A DNA stretch of 64,000 nucleotides from Macrostomum lignano (taxonomy: Eukaryota), in assembly GCA_002269645.1 (NCBI GenBank), contig NIVC01000381.1:62001-126000 (forward strand). The letters run 5' to 3'. A program made the translations under genes and the position numbers. This document shows positions 50,035 through 60,553 of the stretch, one piece after another. How positions within the stretch are numbered: position 1 is the first letter of the stretch; each line of letters begins with the position of its first letter. The notes under the pieces were generated by a model. The model saw nothing but the letters and a program-made list of their open reading frames with translations, was not told the origin of the DNA and searched no databases.

Positions 50035-53000
50035 CAGTCAGTCAGTCAGTCAGTCAGTTAGTCAGTATATTTTACAACTTATTTCCTCACAGGCGCGGCC
50101 TGACCTCCTGCCCGCTGCTCGAAGGCGAGGAGAACCTTCGCCTGCTGAACTATCAGCACAACAGCATTCAGAGAATTCAGCACCTGGCCGCATTTCGCAA
50201 GCTCATCTTTCTCGACTTGTACGACAACCAAATCGACGAAATCAGCGGCCTCGACAGCCTGCGCTCGCTCCGGGTTCTGATGCTCGGCAAGAATCGGATA
50301 AGCCAAATCCGAGGTCTCGAGTCGCTGACTAAACTCGACGTGCTGGACTTGCACGGAAACGATATTGTGGAATTGGAGAATGTCAATCATTTGAGCGAGC
50401 TTAGGGTGCTCAATTTAGCTAGTAATTGTATCCAGGTAAGGACTTGATAGGATCGAAATCCCCTATTTTGAGGCCATTGTGGTGTATTCTCTATCATATA
50501 AATTCTCCATCGATGGCTGATTGACAGGTGGTCCGCAATCTGCTCGGCATGGCAGCTCTGACCGAGTTGAACCTTCGCCGCAATCAAATTCACACGGTGC
50601 ACGACGTCGACTCTCTGCCGAGTTTGCAGCGACTGTTTCTGAGCTTCAACGGCATCCAGTCGTGGGCAAACGTGGCCTGCTTGGGTGAATCGCCCTCGCT
50701 AGCCGAGCTCACCATGGACGGGACGCCGCTGTCGAAGCAGGCCAATTATCGGAATCAAGTGAGCGAGTCGAGTCTTTGCTTGATGTCTATTAGTTATATG
50801 ATATCATGGGTAATGGTAGGTTGGGGTCTAGCAGGTCATAAAATATCGTGGGGATGTGGGGTGTTAAGGGCTAGTGGGCCATAAAATATCGCAGGGATGC
50901 ATGTGTGGTGCTGGCTAGCGTGCCATAAAATATCGCTGGATGTGGGGTGTTGGGGGCTAGCGGGCCATAGAATATCGCTGGAATGTGGGGTGTTGGCCAG
51001 CGGGCCATAGAATATCGCTCGCTGGGATGTGGTGTGTTGGGGGCTAGCGGGCCATAGAATATCACTTGTATGTGGTGTGTTGGGGGCTAGAGGGCCATAG
51101 AATATCGCTGGAATGTGGGGTGTTGGGGGCTAGAGGGCCATAGAATATCGCTGGGATGTCGGGTGTTGGGGGCTAGCGGGCCATAGAATATCGCTGGGAT
51201 GTGGGGTGTTGGGGGCTAGCGGGCCATAGAATATCGCTGGGGTGTGGGGTGTTGGGGGCTAGCGGGCCATAGAATATCACTTGTATGTGGTGTGTTGGGG
51301 GCTAGAGGGCCATAGAATATCGCTGGGATGTGGGGTGTTGGCCAGCGGGCCATAGAATATCGCTAGGATGTGGTGTGTTGGGGGCTAGCGGGCCATAGAA
51401 TATCACTTGTATGTGGTGTGTTGGGGGCTAGAGGCCCATAGAATATCGCTGGGATGTGGGGTGTTTGGGACTAGCGGGCCATAAATTTTGCCTGACTACA
51501 TCTGCCCCCCCACCACAGGTGATAAGCGGAATGCCGCTACTTCGCCAGCTGGACCTTCGCCGCGTCTCCGAAGAAGAGCGCCGTCTGGTGGCCGCCCTCG
51601 TTCGCAAAGAGGCCTCCGCGTCCAGCGCCGGCGGCAACTCCGGTCGTCAGTCGCGAGTCGGCAGCGCTCGTCGAATACCTTCAGCCGGCGGCCGGTCCTC
51701 CGAGCTCAGCAGCAGTCGCTGTCCCAGTCGCAGTCCACTCAGTTGTTAAGCGCGTCGGCCGCTTCGTCGAGACCTTCGAGCGCCGCATCGACTGGACGTC
51801 AAACGGGAGCCTCTTCGTCGGCCGCCAATGTCGACCAAGCTGATGATGTCACCACTCAGAAGCAGCAGCAGCAGCAGCAGCAGCAGGCTCAAGCAGCTTC
51901 AGGCAGCAGCAGCGGCAAGGCTCGTCCAATCCTCGGCGAGCGAACCGCGGTGCCCACGGACGCCAGCAACTACGCCGAGCTTGACGGCGACACTCTCAAT
52001 CTCTATGGCAACGGCAGTCTGGACGCGCTCATTGATCCGCAGCACTCGGCCGTGAAGTCCTGGGGTCTGGCCGCGCCTGCGGCGGTGGCCGCCGCCAACA
52101 TGCGCTATGTGGAGCTGGACCTGGCCGCCAAGCACCTGCACCGGCTCAGGGCTCGCTGCCCAGGTGCGCAACTGCTGCTGTGAATACCTGAGGAAATCCT
52201 CATTTAGTTTCCTGAGGGAATCACCATTCAGTTCCTTGAGGAATCACCATTCAGTTCCCTGAGGAAATCCCCATCTGAAACCCCATTTTTAACCTAGCTG
52301 GTGCCTAGGACCCCGCTCGAACCTATAAAACATCTTAATTCCCTATTTACCCCCCCCCCACTGCAGCCCTGCAGTCCCTGACGCTCGAGGCGGCCGACAT
52401 TCGACACTTTCACCAGCTGGCCTCGCTGGTGTCCCTGCGCCGTCTGGACCGCCTGAACGTGCCGGACGGGCCGGACAACCCCGTGACCCGATTTGCCCTC
52501 TGGCGCCACTTCGCCACCTACCGACTGCGCCAGCCGCTGCAGTTGAAGTGGCTCAACGGCCAGGAGCTCGGCCCGGACGAGATCGCATCCGCTGAACGGG
52601 CGTTTCAACGCCTCGGGCTGCTGTCCAAGAAGCAGGCTTGCAATGCGGCGCTGCTGGCGAAGCAGGACGAAGCCAAGAAGTCAGCCGGTGGGGGCGGCGG
52701 TGCGACGGGAAAGTCTGCGGCCAGCGCCGCTTCTGTGGGGCGAGCGTTGCTGCCGAGCTGGCGGGAGTTGGGATGACAGGTGAGTTCGGTCGGGTCGATG
52801 GGGACCTCGAGATGTCGATTTTGCATCGTGTAGGTATCTGACATCCTCTCGATTCTTCACCGCATGGAGCTGACACCCTCTTGATTCTTCATCTTGTTGA
52901 GGGCTGACATCCTCTCGATTCTTCATCTTGTTGAGGGCTGACATCCTCTCGATTCTTCATCTTGTTGAGGGCTGACATCCTCTCGATTCTTCATCTTGTT

Positions 53001-53502
53001 GAGGGCTGACACCCTCTCGATTCTTCACCACATGGAGCTGACACCCTCTCGATTCTTCACCGCATGAAGCTGACACTCTCGATTCTTCATCTTGTTGAGG
53101 GCTGACACCCTCTCGATTCTTCACCGCATGAAGAGCTGACACCCTCTTGATTCTTCAAATCTTGGAGATGACACCCTCTCGATTCTTCAACCTGGGAGCT
53201 GACATTCGCTAAATCGCCCAGGCCTACTCGTCATTCCTCGCTTCCCTCCCATCCCGGCAGGTCCGACACAAGAGGCTGTCAGACGCTACGAGGCCAAACG
53301 TCAAACCGCGGCCGCCACAGTCTCCGACTGTCTGGCTGAAAGCCTTCAATTGGAGCGTCGACGTGCGGCCATCGGCGACGCGTGGAAGCCGGTGGTGCTC
53401 GAACTGCTGCTGTCGTGCGCCAAGGAAGTCGAAGATCGTCAGGGTTGCATGCGCAGACAGATGAACAGCTTTGTGCTGCGGCAGAAACAGGGGCCATTGT
53501 GA
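48804..53502 (+). CDS. LRRC49: Leucine-rich repeat-containing protein 49 (tubulin polyglutamylase complex-associated), ~774 aa; exons 48804-49252, 50093-50435, 50528-50758, 51519-52163, 52367-52779, 53261-53502 (two apparent -1 frameshifts)
   Basis: ERVIYRSPEERAANPDRLSLDRR, LRLLNYQHN, LDLYDNQI, LRVLMLGKNRI, LDVLDLHGN, LRQLDLRRVSEEERR, AELDGDTLNLYG, NPVTRFALWRHF, and C-terminal AWKPVVLELL...EVEDRQGCMRRQM follow the LRRC49 layout; canonical GT-AG junctions. Confidence 0.9.
49376..50065. repeat. (TTAG)n microsatellite with TCAG variants in LRRC49 intron 1
   Basis: Direct observation. Confidence 0.97.
50815..51485. repeat. ~43-bp minisatellite in LRRC49 intron 3 (GGGGCTAGCGGGCCATAGAATATCGCTGGGATGTGGGGTGTTG)
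   Basis: Tandem periodicity. Confidence 0.9.
52835..53205. repeat. ~34-bp minisatellite in LRRC49 intron 5 (CTGACATCCTCTCGATTCTTCATCTTGTTGAGGG)
   Basis: Tandem periodicity. Confidence 0.9.
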
Positions 53503-53659
53503 GACCCATTGTACAGCTGGTGTACAGAGACAGAACTGTGCTGAAGCACCTGCGTCCATTTTCAGGCCTTTTAAGGTCATCACTCCCTGCCAGACGTGTC
53601 CTTTTGAAGAAATTTCAGTGAGTTGTACCTCCATATTCGGGTCCGTTCAGATTGTCACT

Positions 53660-54085
53660 CCCTCCACATCCGGGTCCCTTTGAAGTCGCCGACACCCTCT
53701 TGGCACATCCGGGTCCCTTTGAAGTCGCCGACACCCTCTCGCCACATCCGGGTCCCTTTGAAGTCGCCGACACCCTCTCGCCACATCCGGGTCCCTTTGA
53801 AGTCGCCGACACCCTCTCGCCACATCCGGGTCCCTTTGAAGTCGCCGACACCCTCTCGCCACATCCGGGTCCCTTTGAAGTCGCCGACACCCTCTTGGCA
53901 CATCCGGGTCCCTTTGAAGTCGCCGACACCCTCTCGCCACATCCGGGTCCCTTTGAAGTCGCCGACACCCTCTCGCCACATCCGGGTCCCTTTGAAGTCG
54001 CCGACACCCTCTCGCCACATCCGGGTCCCTTTGAAGTCGCCGACACCCTCTCGCCACATCCGGGTCCCTTTGAAGTCGCCATCTC
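53660..54085. repeat. 39-bp minisatellite, ~11 copies, 3' of LRRC49
   Basis: CCACATCCGGGTCCCTTTGAAGTCGCCGACACCCTCTCG units. Confidence 0.95.
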
Positions 54086-54699
54086 TCCCTCCTCCCACAT
54101 CCTGGTCTTTAGAGTCTATCCTTTGAAGTCTGTGATGATTCGAGTAATTTACCAAGCAAAATACTGAATCTTCTTTGTAGAAGTGTTTGAACATTATTTG
54201 CAATTTTATTTGCTTATCACGCCTAACAATTGAGCTTTTGCAGAAGGCCGCCTGGAAGACTTTTGCCTAACTAATGATTGCCTATAAATAAGTTCCCAGC
54301 ATTTTCCTAATACTTAATAGTTCTCTGCACTAATAGACAATTGCAAAGATTTAATTTATTGTGGCGAACTTTCTTTGGAAAACTTATCTTATTAGTAAGT
54401 CTTCCTCTGAATTCGATTGACTTGATGAATCTAAATTAAAACTTTGTGTTTTGTTACTTCACTTCCGATTTTGGAATAAAATATTTTTGTAAGTTAAACA
54501 AATGATTTTAGATTAAAATATAACTTGAATATGATGACAAGTCGTTATTAGCTACTGCAATGCACAACGTCACAAAAAAGTGATAATGCTCTGTTTATAT
54601 GCTTCTGATTGCACAGTACACTACTAATGAGTAGTAAAAGGAGCTAAATTGTTTTGAGATTTTCTCTGTATATTCTCTTACTTTTTATAACATATCCCT

Positions 54700-55235
54700 T
54701 TGCATCTCACTCTACCATCTCTCTCTACTTCTCACTCTAATATCACTCTCTACTTCTCATTCTACTATCTATCTCTACTTCTCACTCTACTGTATCTTTC
54801 TACTCTCACTCTACTATCTCTACTTCTCACTCGACTATCTCTCTCACTCTACTATCTCCCTCACTCTACTATCTCTACAACACTCTACTATATTTCTCTA
54901 CTTCTCACTCTACTATCTATCTTTGCTTCTCACTCTGCTAACTCGACTCCTCACTCTAATATCTATCTCTACTTCTCACTCTACTATCTCTCTCTCATTC
55001 TACTATCTCTCTACTTCTCACTATATTATCTCTCTCTCACTCTACTATCTCTCTACATCTCACTCTACTATCTCTCTCACTCTACTATTTCTCTCACTCT
55101 ACTATCTCTCTCACTCTACTATCTCTCTCACTCTACTATCTCTCTCTATTTCTCACTCTTCTCTCTCTAATTTTACTCTACCATCTCTTTAACTTCTCAT
55201 TCTCCATAATTCTACTTATTGTCACTCTACTTCTA
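54700..55235. repeat. CTCTCACTCTACTAT-type low-complexity repeat
   Basis: Degenerate tandem units. Confidence 0.85.
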
Positions 55236-55754
55236 TTCCTCAGAAACTACCGGTCGATTAGATAGATTATATATCAGACGTTAGCCACCATTTATCAACA
55301 TGCAAGACTAACGCCAAAAAGGCTCCGCTCCTTCTGCCTCATGGTCCCCACTGACTGAGTCGGATCCCGTCTTGAACTAAACAAAAAAGCCTATTTCAAA
55401 AACAATTATATCCGATCTTACTACATACTCAAACGACCAGATGAAACTGCAGCTGAAAACAGAACTGCTTACCACATAGGAGAGTTGTGAGTAGTTAGCT
55501 AGACTAGAATGTGAGCTTCTGAGTCTAAGCAAGCAGTTCAGTTTTTATGTTTTTATTGGTGCGCGCTGAGCATAAAAGTCATATTCTCCACTTTTACTTG
55601 AGGCGCACAAATGCCAAACTATTTTGGGTAGGGAATTACTTTTCTATAAGAAGTTGGCCAAGGAAAGACGGAGAAAATATGAAAATGCGTATATAAGACG
55701 GACAATGGAAGAGAGATAAGCACAAGGAAGGCATTACGGAGGGATCAGGAAGGG

Positions 55755-58150
55755 TAGAGTGAGATGAGAGAAGGTAGAGTGAGATGAGAGAAGGTAGAGT
55801 GAGATGAGAGAAGGTAGAGTGAGATGAGAGAAGGTAGAGTGAGATGAGAGAAGGTAGAGTGAGATGAGAGAAGGTAGAGTGAGATCAGAGAGATCTGAGA
55901 GGGCAGAGAGAGATCAGATAGGGCAGAGAGAGATAAGAGGGCAGAGAGAGATCAGAGAGGGCAGAGAGATCAGAGAGGGTAGAGAGATCAGAGAGGGCAG
56001 AGTGAGATCAGAGAGAGCAGAGAGAGATCAGAGAGATCAGAGAGATCAGAGAAGGCAGAGAGAGATCAGAGAGATCAGGGAGGGCAGAGAGAGATCAGAG
56101 AGATCAGAGAGATCAGAGAGATCAGAAAGATCAGAGAGATCAGAAAGATCAGAGAGATCAGAGAGATCAGAGAGATCAGAAAGATCAGAGAGATCAGAGA
56201 AGGCAGAGAGAGATCAGAGAAGGCAGAGATCAGAGAGGGCAGAGAGATCAGAGAGATCAGAGAGATCAGAGAAGGCAGAGAGAGATCAGTGAGAGCAGAG
56301 ATCAGAGAAGGCAGAGAGAGATCAGAGAAGGCAGAGATCAGAGAGGGCAGAGAGAGATCAGAGAGGGCAGAGAGAGATCAGTGAGGGCAGAGAGAGAGAG
56401 ATCAGAGAGGGCAGAGATCAGAGAGGGCAGAGAGAGATCAGAGAGGGCAGAGAGAGATCAGAGAGGGCAGAGATCAGAGAGGGCAGAGAGAGATCAGAGA
56501 GGGCAGAGAGAGATCAGAGAGGGCAGAGATCAGAGAGGGCAGAGAGAGATCAGAGAGGGCAGAGAGAGATCAGTAAGAGCAGAGAGAGATCAGAGAGATC
56601 AGAGAGGGCAGAGATCAGTGAGGGCAGAGAGAGATCAGTAAGAGCAGAGAGAGATCAGAGAGATCAGTGAGGGCAGAGAGAGATCAGAGAAGGCAGAGAG
56701 AGATCAGAGAGGGCAGATATCAGTGAAGGCAGAGAGAGATCAGAGAGGGAAGAGATCAGTGAGGGCAGAGAGAGATCAGAGAGGGCAGAGATCAGTGAGG
56801 GCAAAGAGAGAGATCAGAGAGGGCAGAGAGAGATCAGTGAGGGCAGAGAGAGATCAGTGAGAGCAGAGAGAGATCAGTGAGAGCAGAGAGAGATCAGGGA
56901 GGGCAGAGAGAGATCAGAGAGGGCAGAGATCAGTGAGGGCAGAGAGAGATCAGTGAGGGCAGAGAGAGATCAGTGAGGGCAGAGAGAGATCAGTGAGAGC
57001 AGAGAGAGATCAGTGAGAGCAGAGAGAGATCAGTGAAGGCAGAGAGAGATCAGAGAGGGAAGAGATCAGTGAGGGCAGAGAGAGATCAGTGAGAGCAGAG
57101 AGAGATCAGTGAGAGCAGAGAGAGATCAGAGAGGGCAGAGAGAGATCAGAGAGGGCAGAGATCAGTGAAGGCAGAGAGAGATCAGAGAGGGCAGAGATCA
57201 GTGAGAGCAGAGAGAGATCAGTGAGAGCAGAGAGAGATCAGAGAGGGCAGAGAGAAATCAGTGAGGGCAGAGATCAGTGAAGGCAGAGAGAGATCAGAGA
57301 GGGCAGAGATCAGTGAGGGCAGAGAGAGATCAGAGAGGGCAGAGATCAGTGAAGGCAGAGATCAGAGAGGGCAGAGATCAGTGAAGGCAGAGAGAGATCA
57401 GAGAGGGCAGAGATCAGTGAGAGCAGAGAGAGATCAGTGAGGGCAGAGAGAGAGATCAGTGAGGGCAAAGAGAGATCAGTGAGAGCAGAGAGAGATCAGA
57501 GAGGGCAGAGAGAGATCAGTGAGAGCAGAGAGAGATCAGAGAGGGCAGAGAGAGATCAGTGAGAGCAGAGAGAGATCAGGGAGGGCAGAGAGAGATCAGT
57601 GAGAGCAGAGAGAGATCAGAGAGGGCAGAGAGAGATCAGTGAGAGCAGAGAGAGATCAGGGAGGGCAGAGAGAGATCAGTGAGAGCAGAGAGAGATCAGG
57701 GAGGGCAGAGAGAGATCAGTGAGAGCAGAGAGAGATCAGAGAGGGCAGAGATCAGTGAGGGCAGAGAGAGATCAGTGAGGGCAGAGAGAGATCAGTGAGA
57801 GCAGAGAGAGATCAGTGAGAGCAGAGAGAGATCAGAGAGGGCAGAGATCAGTGAGGGCAGAGAGAGATCAGTGAGGGCAGAGAGAGATCAGTGAGAGCAG
57901 AGAGAGATCAGTGAGAGCAGAGAGAGATCAGAGAGGGCAGAGATCAGTGAGGGCAGAGAGAGATCAGTGAGAGCAGAGAGAGATCAGTGAGAGCAGAGAG
58001 AGATCAGAGAGGGCAGAGATCAGTGAGGGCAGAGAGAGATCAGTGAGGGCAGAGAGAGATCAGAGAGGGCAGAGAGATCAGAGAGGGCAGAGAGATTAGA
58101 GAGGGCAGAGAGAGATCAGAGAGGGCAGAGAGAGATCAGTGAGGGCAGAC
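55755..58150. repeat. Purine-rich arrays: 20-bp GAGTGAGATGAGAGAAGGTA, then ~18-20-bp AGAGAGATCAG(A/T)GAGGGC
   Basis: Tandem periodicity over 2.4 kb. Confidence 0.95.
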
Positions 58151-58509
58151 AGATACGAACATCCACACAGACCCTGCTCAAAGTATGCCCAGTATGTTTC
58201 AGCTCAGGACACGAGACCGCAACTGTCAGTCATCGATCAACGAACTCGCTGATTTTTTCATTTAGATAAGTAAAGAGTGACTTCGTCAGTTCGCGTGCAT
58301 CGAGTTGTACTGTTCGGTCCTCGCTTGAATTGGGATTTGACCTCCCTGGCATGACCGCACTCTGTTTGATGTGGTCTGGTCTCCAACTCATCGGGAATCA
58401 ACTTCGTATGCATAATGCAGAGCTGCTTTATTTTTGTGTTGCAGGACAAGGAGAGTCATTTTTGTATCGCTCTCACTTCTATTAAACCATGCACTGCATA
58501 ATTGCGTCT

Positions 58510-59035
58510 GTATCTCCCTGTCAATCCTATCTCCCCTCTCACCCCCATCTCCCTCTCACCCCTATCTCTCTCTCACCCCTATCTCCCTCTCACCCTTATT
58601 TCCCTCTTACCCCTATCTCCCTCTTACCCCTATCTCCCTCTTACCCCTATCTCCCTCTCACCCCTATCTCCGTCTCACCCCTATCTCCGTCTCACCCCTA
58701 TCTCCGTCTCACCCCTATCTCCCCTCTCACCCCTATCTCCCTCTCACCCCTATCTCCCTCTTACCCCTATCTCCCTCTTACCCCTATCACCCTCTCACCC
58801 CTATCTCCGTCTCACCCCTATCTCCCCTCTCACCCCTATCTCCCTCTCACCCCTATCTCCCTCTTACCCCTATCACCCTCTCACCCCTATCTCCGTCTCA
58901 CCCCTATCTCCCTCTCACCCCTATCTCCCTCTCACCCCTATCTCCCTCTCACCTCTATCTCCCTCTCACCTCTATCTCCCTCTCACCTCTATCTCCCTCT
59001 CACCTCTATCTCCCTCTCACCCGTATCTCTTTCTC
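58510..59035. repeat. CCCCTATCTCCCTCTCA-type minisatellite
   Basis: Tandem periodicity. Confidence 0.9.
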
Positions 59036-59805
59036 ACTCATATTTACGAGCTATACCCATATCTCTCCCAGACTTATGTCTCCGTTACACCTGTCCTCTA
59101 TCACTCGGTCATTTGTCACCTTATGCTCCCACAAATCTTAGCTCTAAAGCTGTCAAACAGCCAGTGGGGGTGGGAATAGGGAACAGAAGCCAGCCGCCGA
59201 TGACACCGCAGCCTCAAATTCGCGCAAACACTGACAGATGTGACAGACCCCAGTGTGCACCAAGTGCCGCGTCAATCTGAGCTACACTACACAGGCTTAT
59301 TACAGTGCCAATGTGTACTTAGTGTCAATTTTCTACAATCTCAATCTTGTTATGCTGACTGGCTGAGTCAAACGACCGCATGTTCGTGCTCACAGAGCAG
59401 TCCAAAGTGTGCTCGCGAACAAGATGAACGCAAATTTCTTTACTACCGGCTCAACATCAAAGGGAGACGAAATCTCACGCGTTTACAAATATGATTATCA
59501 ATTGCAATTGAATTTCTACTGTCCGGAAATCTAGGACAGATGGCGTCGCTAATTTGATCATCTAATTTATATTCAATCTTAGAAATTAATTGTACTGATT
59601 TCTTGACAATATGATTTTTCATTGGCGGAAAATTATTTCTGCGATTAACAAGACCAGCTAGTGAAGAGTGGGCAGTGAGCTGCGCAGTTCATCAGAGTGA
59701 ATATCTAGGCCTAGAATATGGAACTGCTCGGTGAGGGTTCATTGGCAATGTTCTCCAGGGTTTTTTTCAGCCAGAGAGATGAAGGGTATTAGTAGTTTGG
59801 GTTTA

Positions 59806-60553
59806 AGTAGGGTAAGGGTCTGAGTAGTTTAGGGTCTGAGTAGCTTCGGGTCTGAGTAGCTTAGGGTCTGAGTAGCTTAGGGTCTAGGTAGCTTAGGGTC
59901 TGAGTAGCTTCGGGTCTGAGTAGCTTAGGGTCTGAGTAGCTTAGGATCTGAGTAGCTTAGGGTCTAGGTAGCTTAGGGTCTGAGTAGCTTAGGGTCTAGG
60001 TAGCTTAGGGTCTGAGTAGCTTAGGGTCTGAGTAGCTTAGGGTCTGAGTAGCTTAGGGTCTGAGTAGCTTAGGGTCTAGGTAGCTTAGGGTCTGAGTAGC
60101 TTAGGGTCTGGGTAGTTTAGAGTCTGAGTAGCTTAGGGTCTGGGTAGCTTAGGGTCTGAGTAGCTTAGAGTCTGAGTAGCTTAGGTTCTAGGTAGCTTAG
60201 GGTCTGAGTAGCTTAGGGTCTGGGTAGTTTAGGGTCTGAGTAGCTTAGGGTCTGGGTAGTTTAGAGTCTGAGAAGCTTAGAGTCTGAGTAGTTTAGGGTC
60301 TGAGAAGCTTAGAGTCTGAGTAGCTTAGAGTCTGAGTAGCTTAGGGTCTGGTAGTTTAGGGTTTGAGTAGCTTAGAGTCTGGTAGTTTAGGGTCTGAGTA
60401 GCTTAGAGTCTGAGTAGCTTAGAGTCTGAGTAGTTTAGGGTTTGTGTAGCTTAAGGTCTGAGTAGCTTAAGGTCTGAGTAGCTTAGGGTCTGAGCAGAGT
60501 AGGGTCTGAGCAGAGTAGGGTCTGAGCAGAGTAGGGTCTGAGCAGAGTAGGGT
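59806..60553. repeat. 16-bp minisatellite containing TTAGGG (AGTAGCTTAGGGTCTG)
   Basis: About 45 copies; the last four units are the variant AGCAGAGTAGGGTCTG. Confidence 0.95.

Noticed and set aside
49376-50065. (TTAG)n as a telomere remnant
   Set aside because: Not TTAGGG or TTAGG; it is an intronic tetranucleotide microsatellite.
51643-51704. A 62-nt intron that would fix the first LRRC49 frame break
   Set aside because: Weak donor (GTCGTC), no pyrimidine tract and exon-like GC content; a 1-bp error is more parsimonious.
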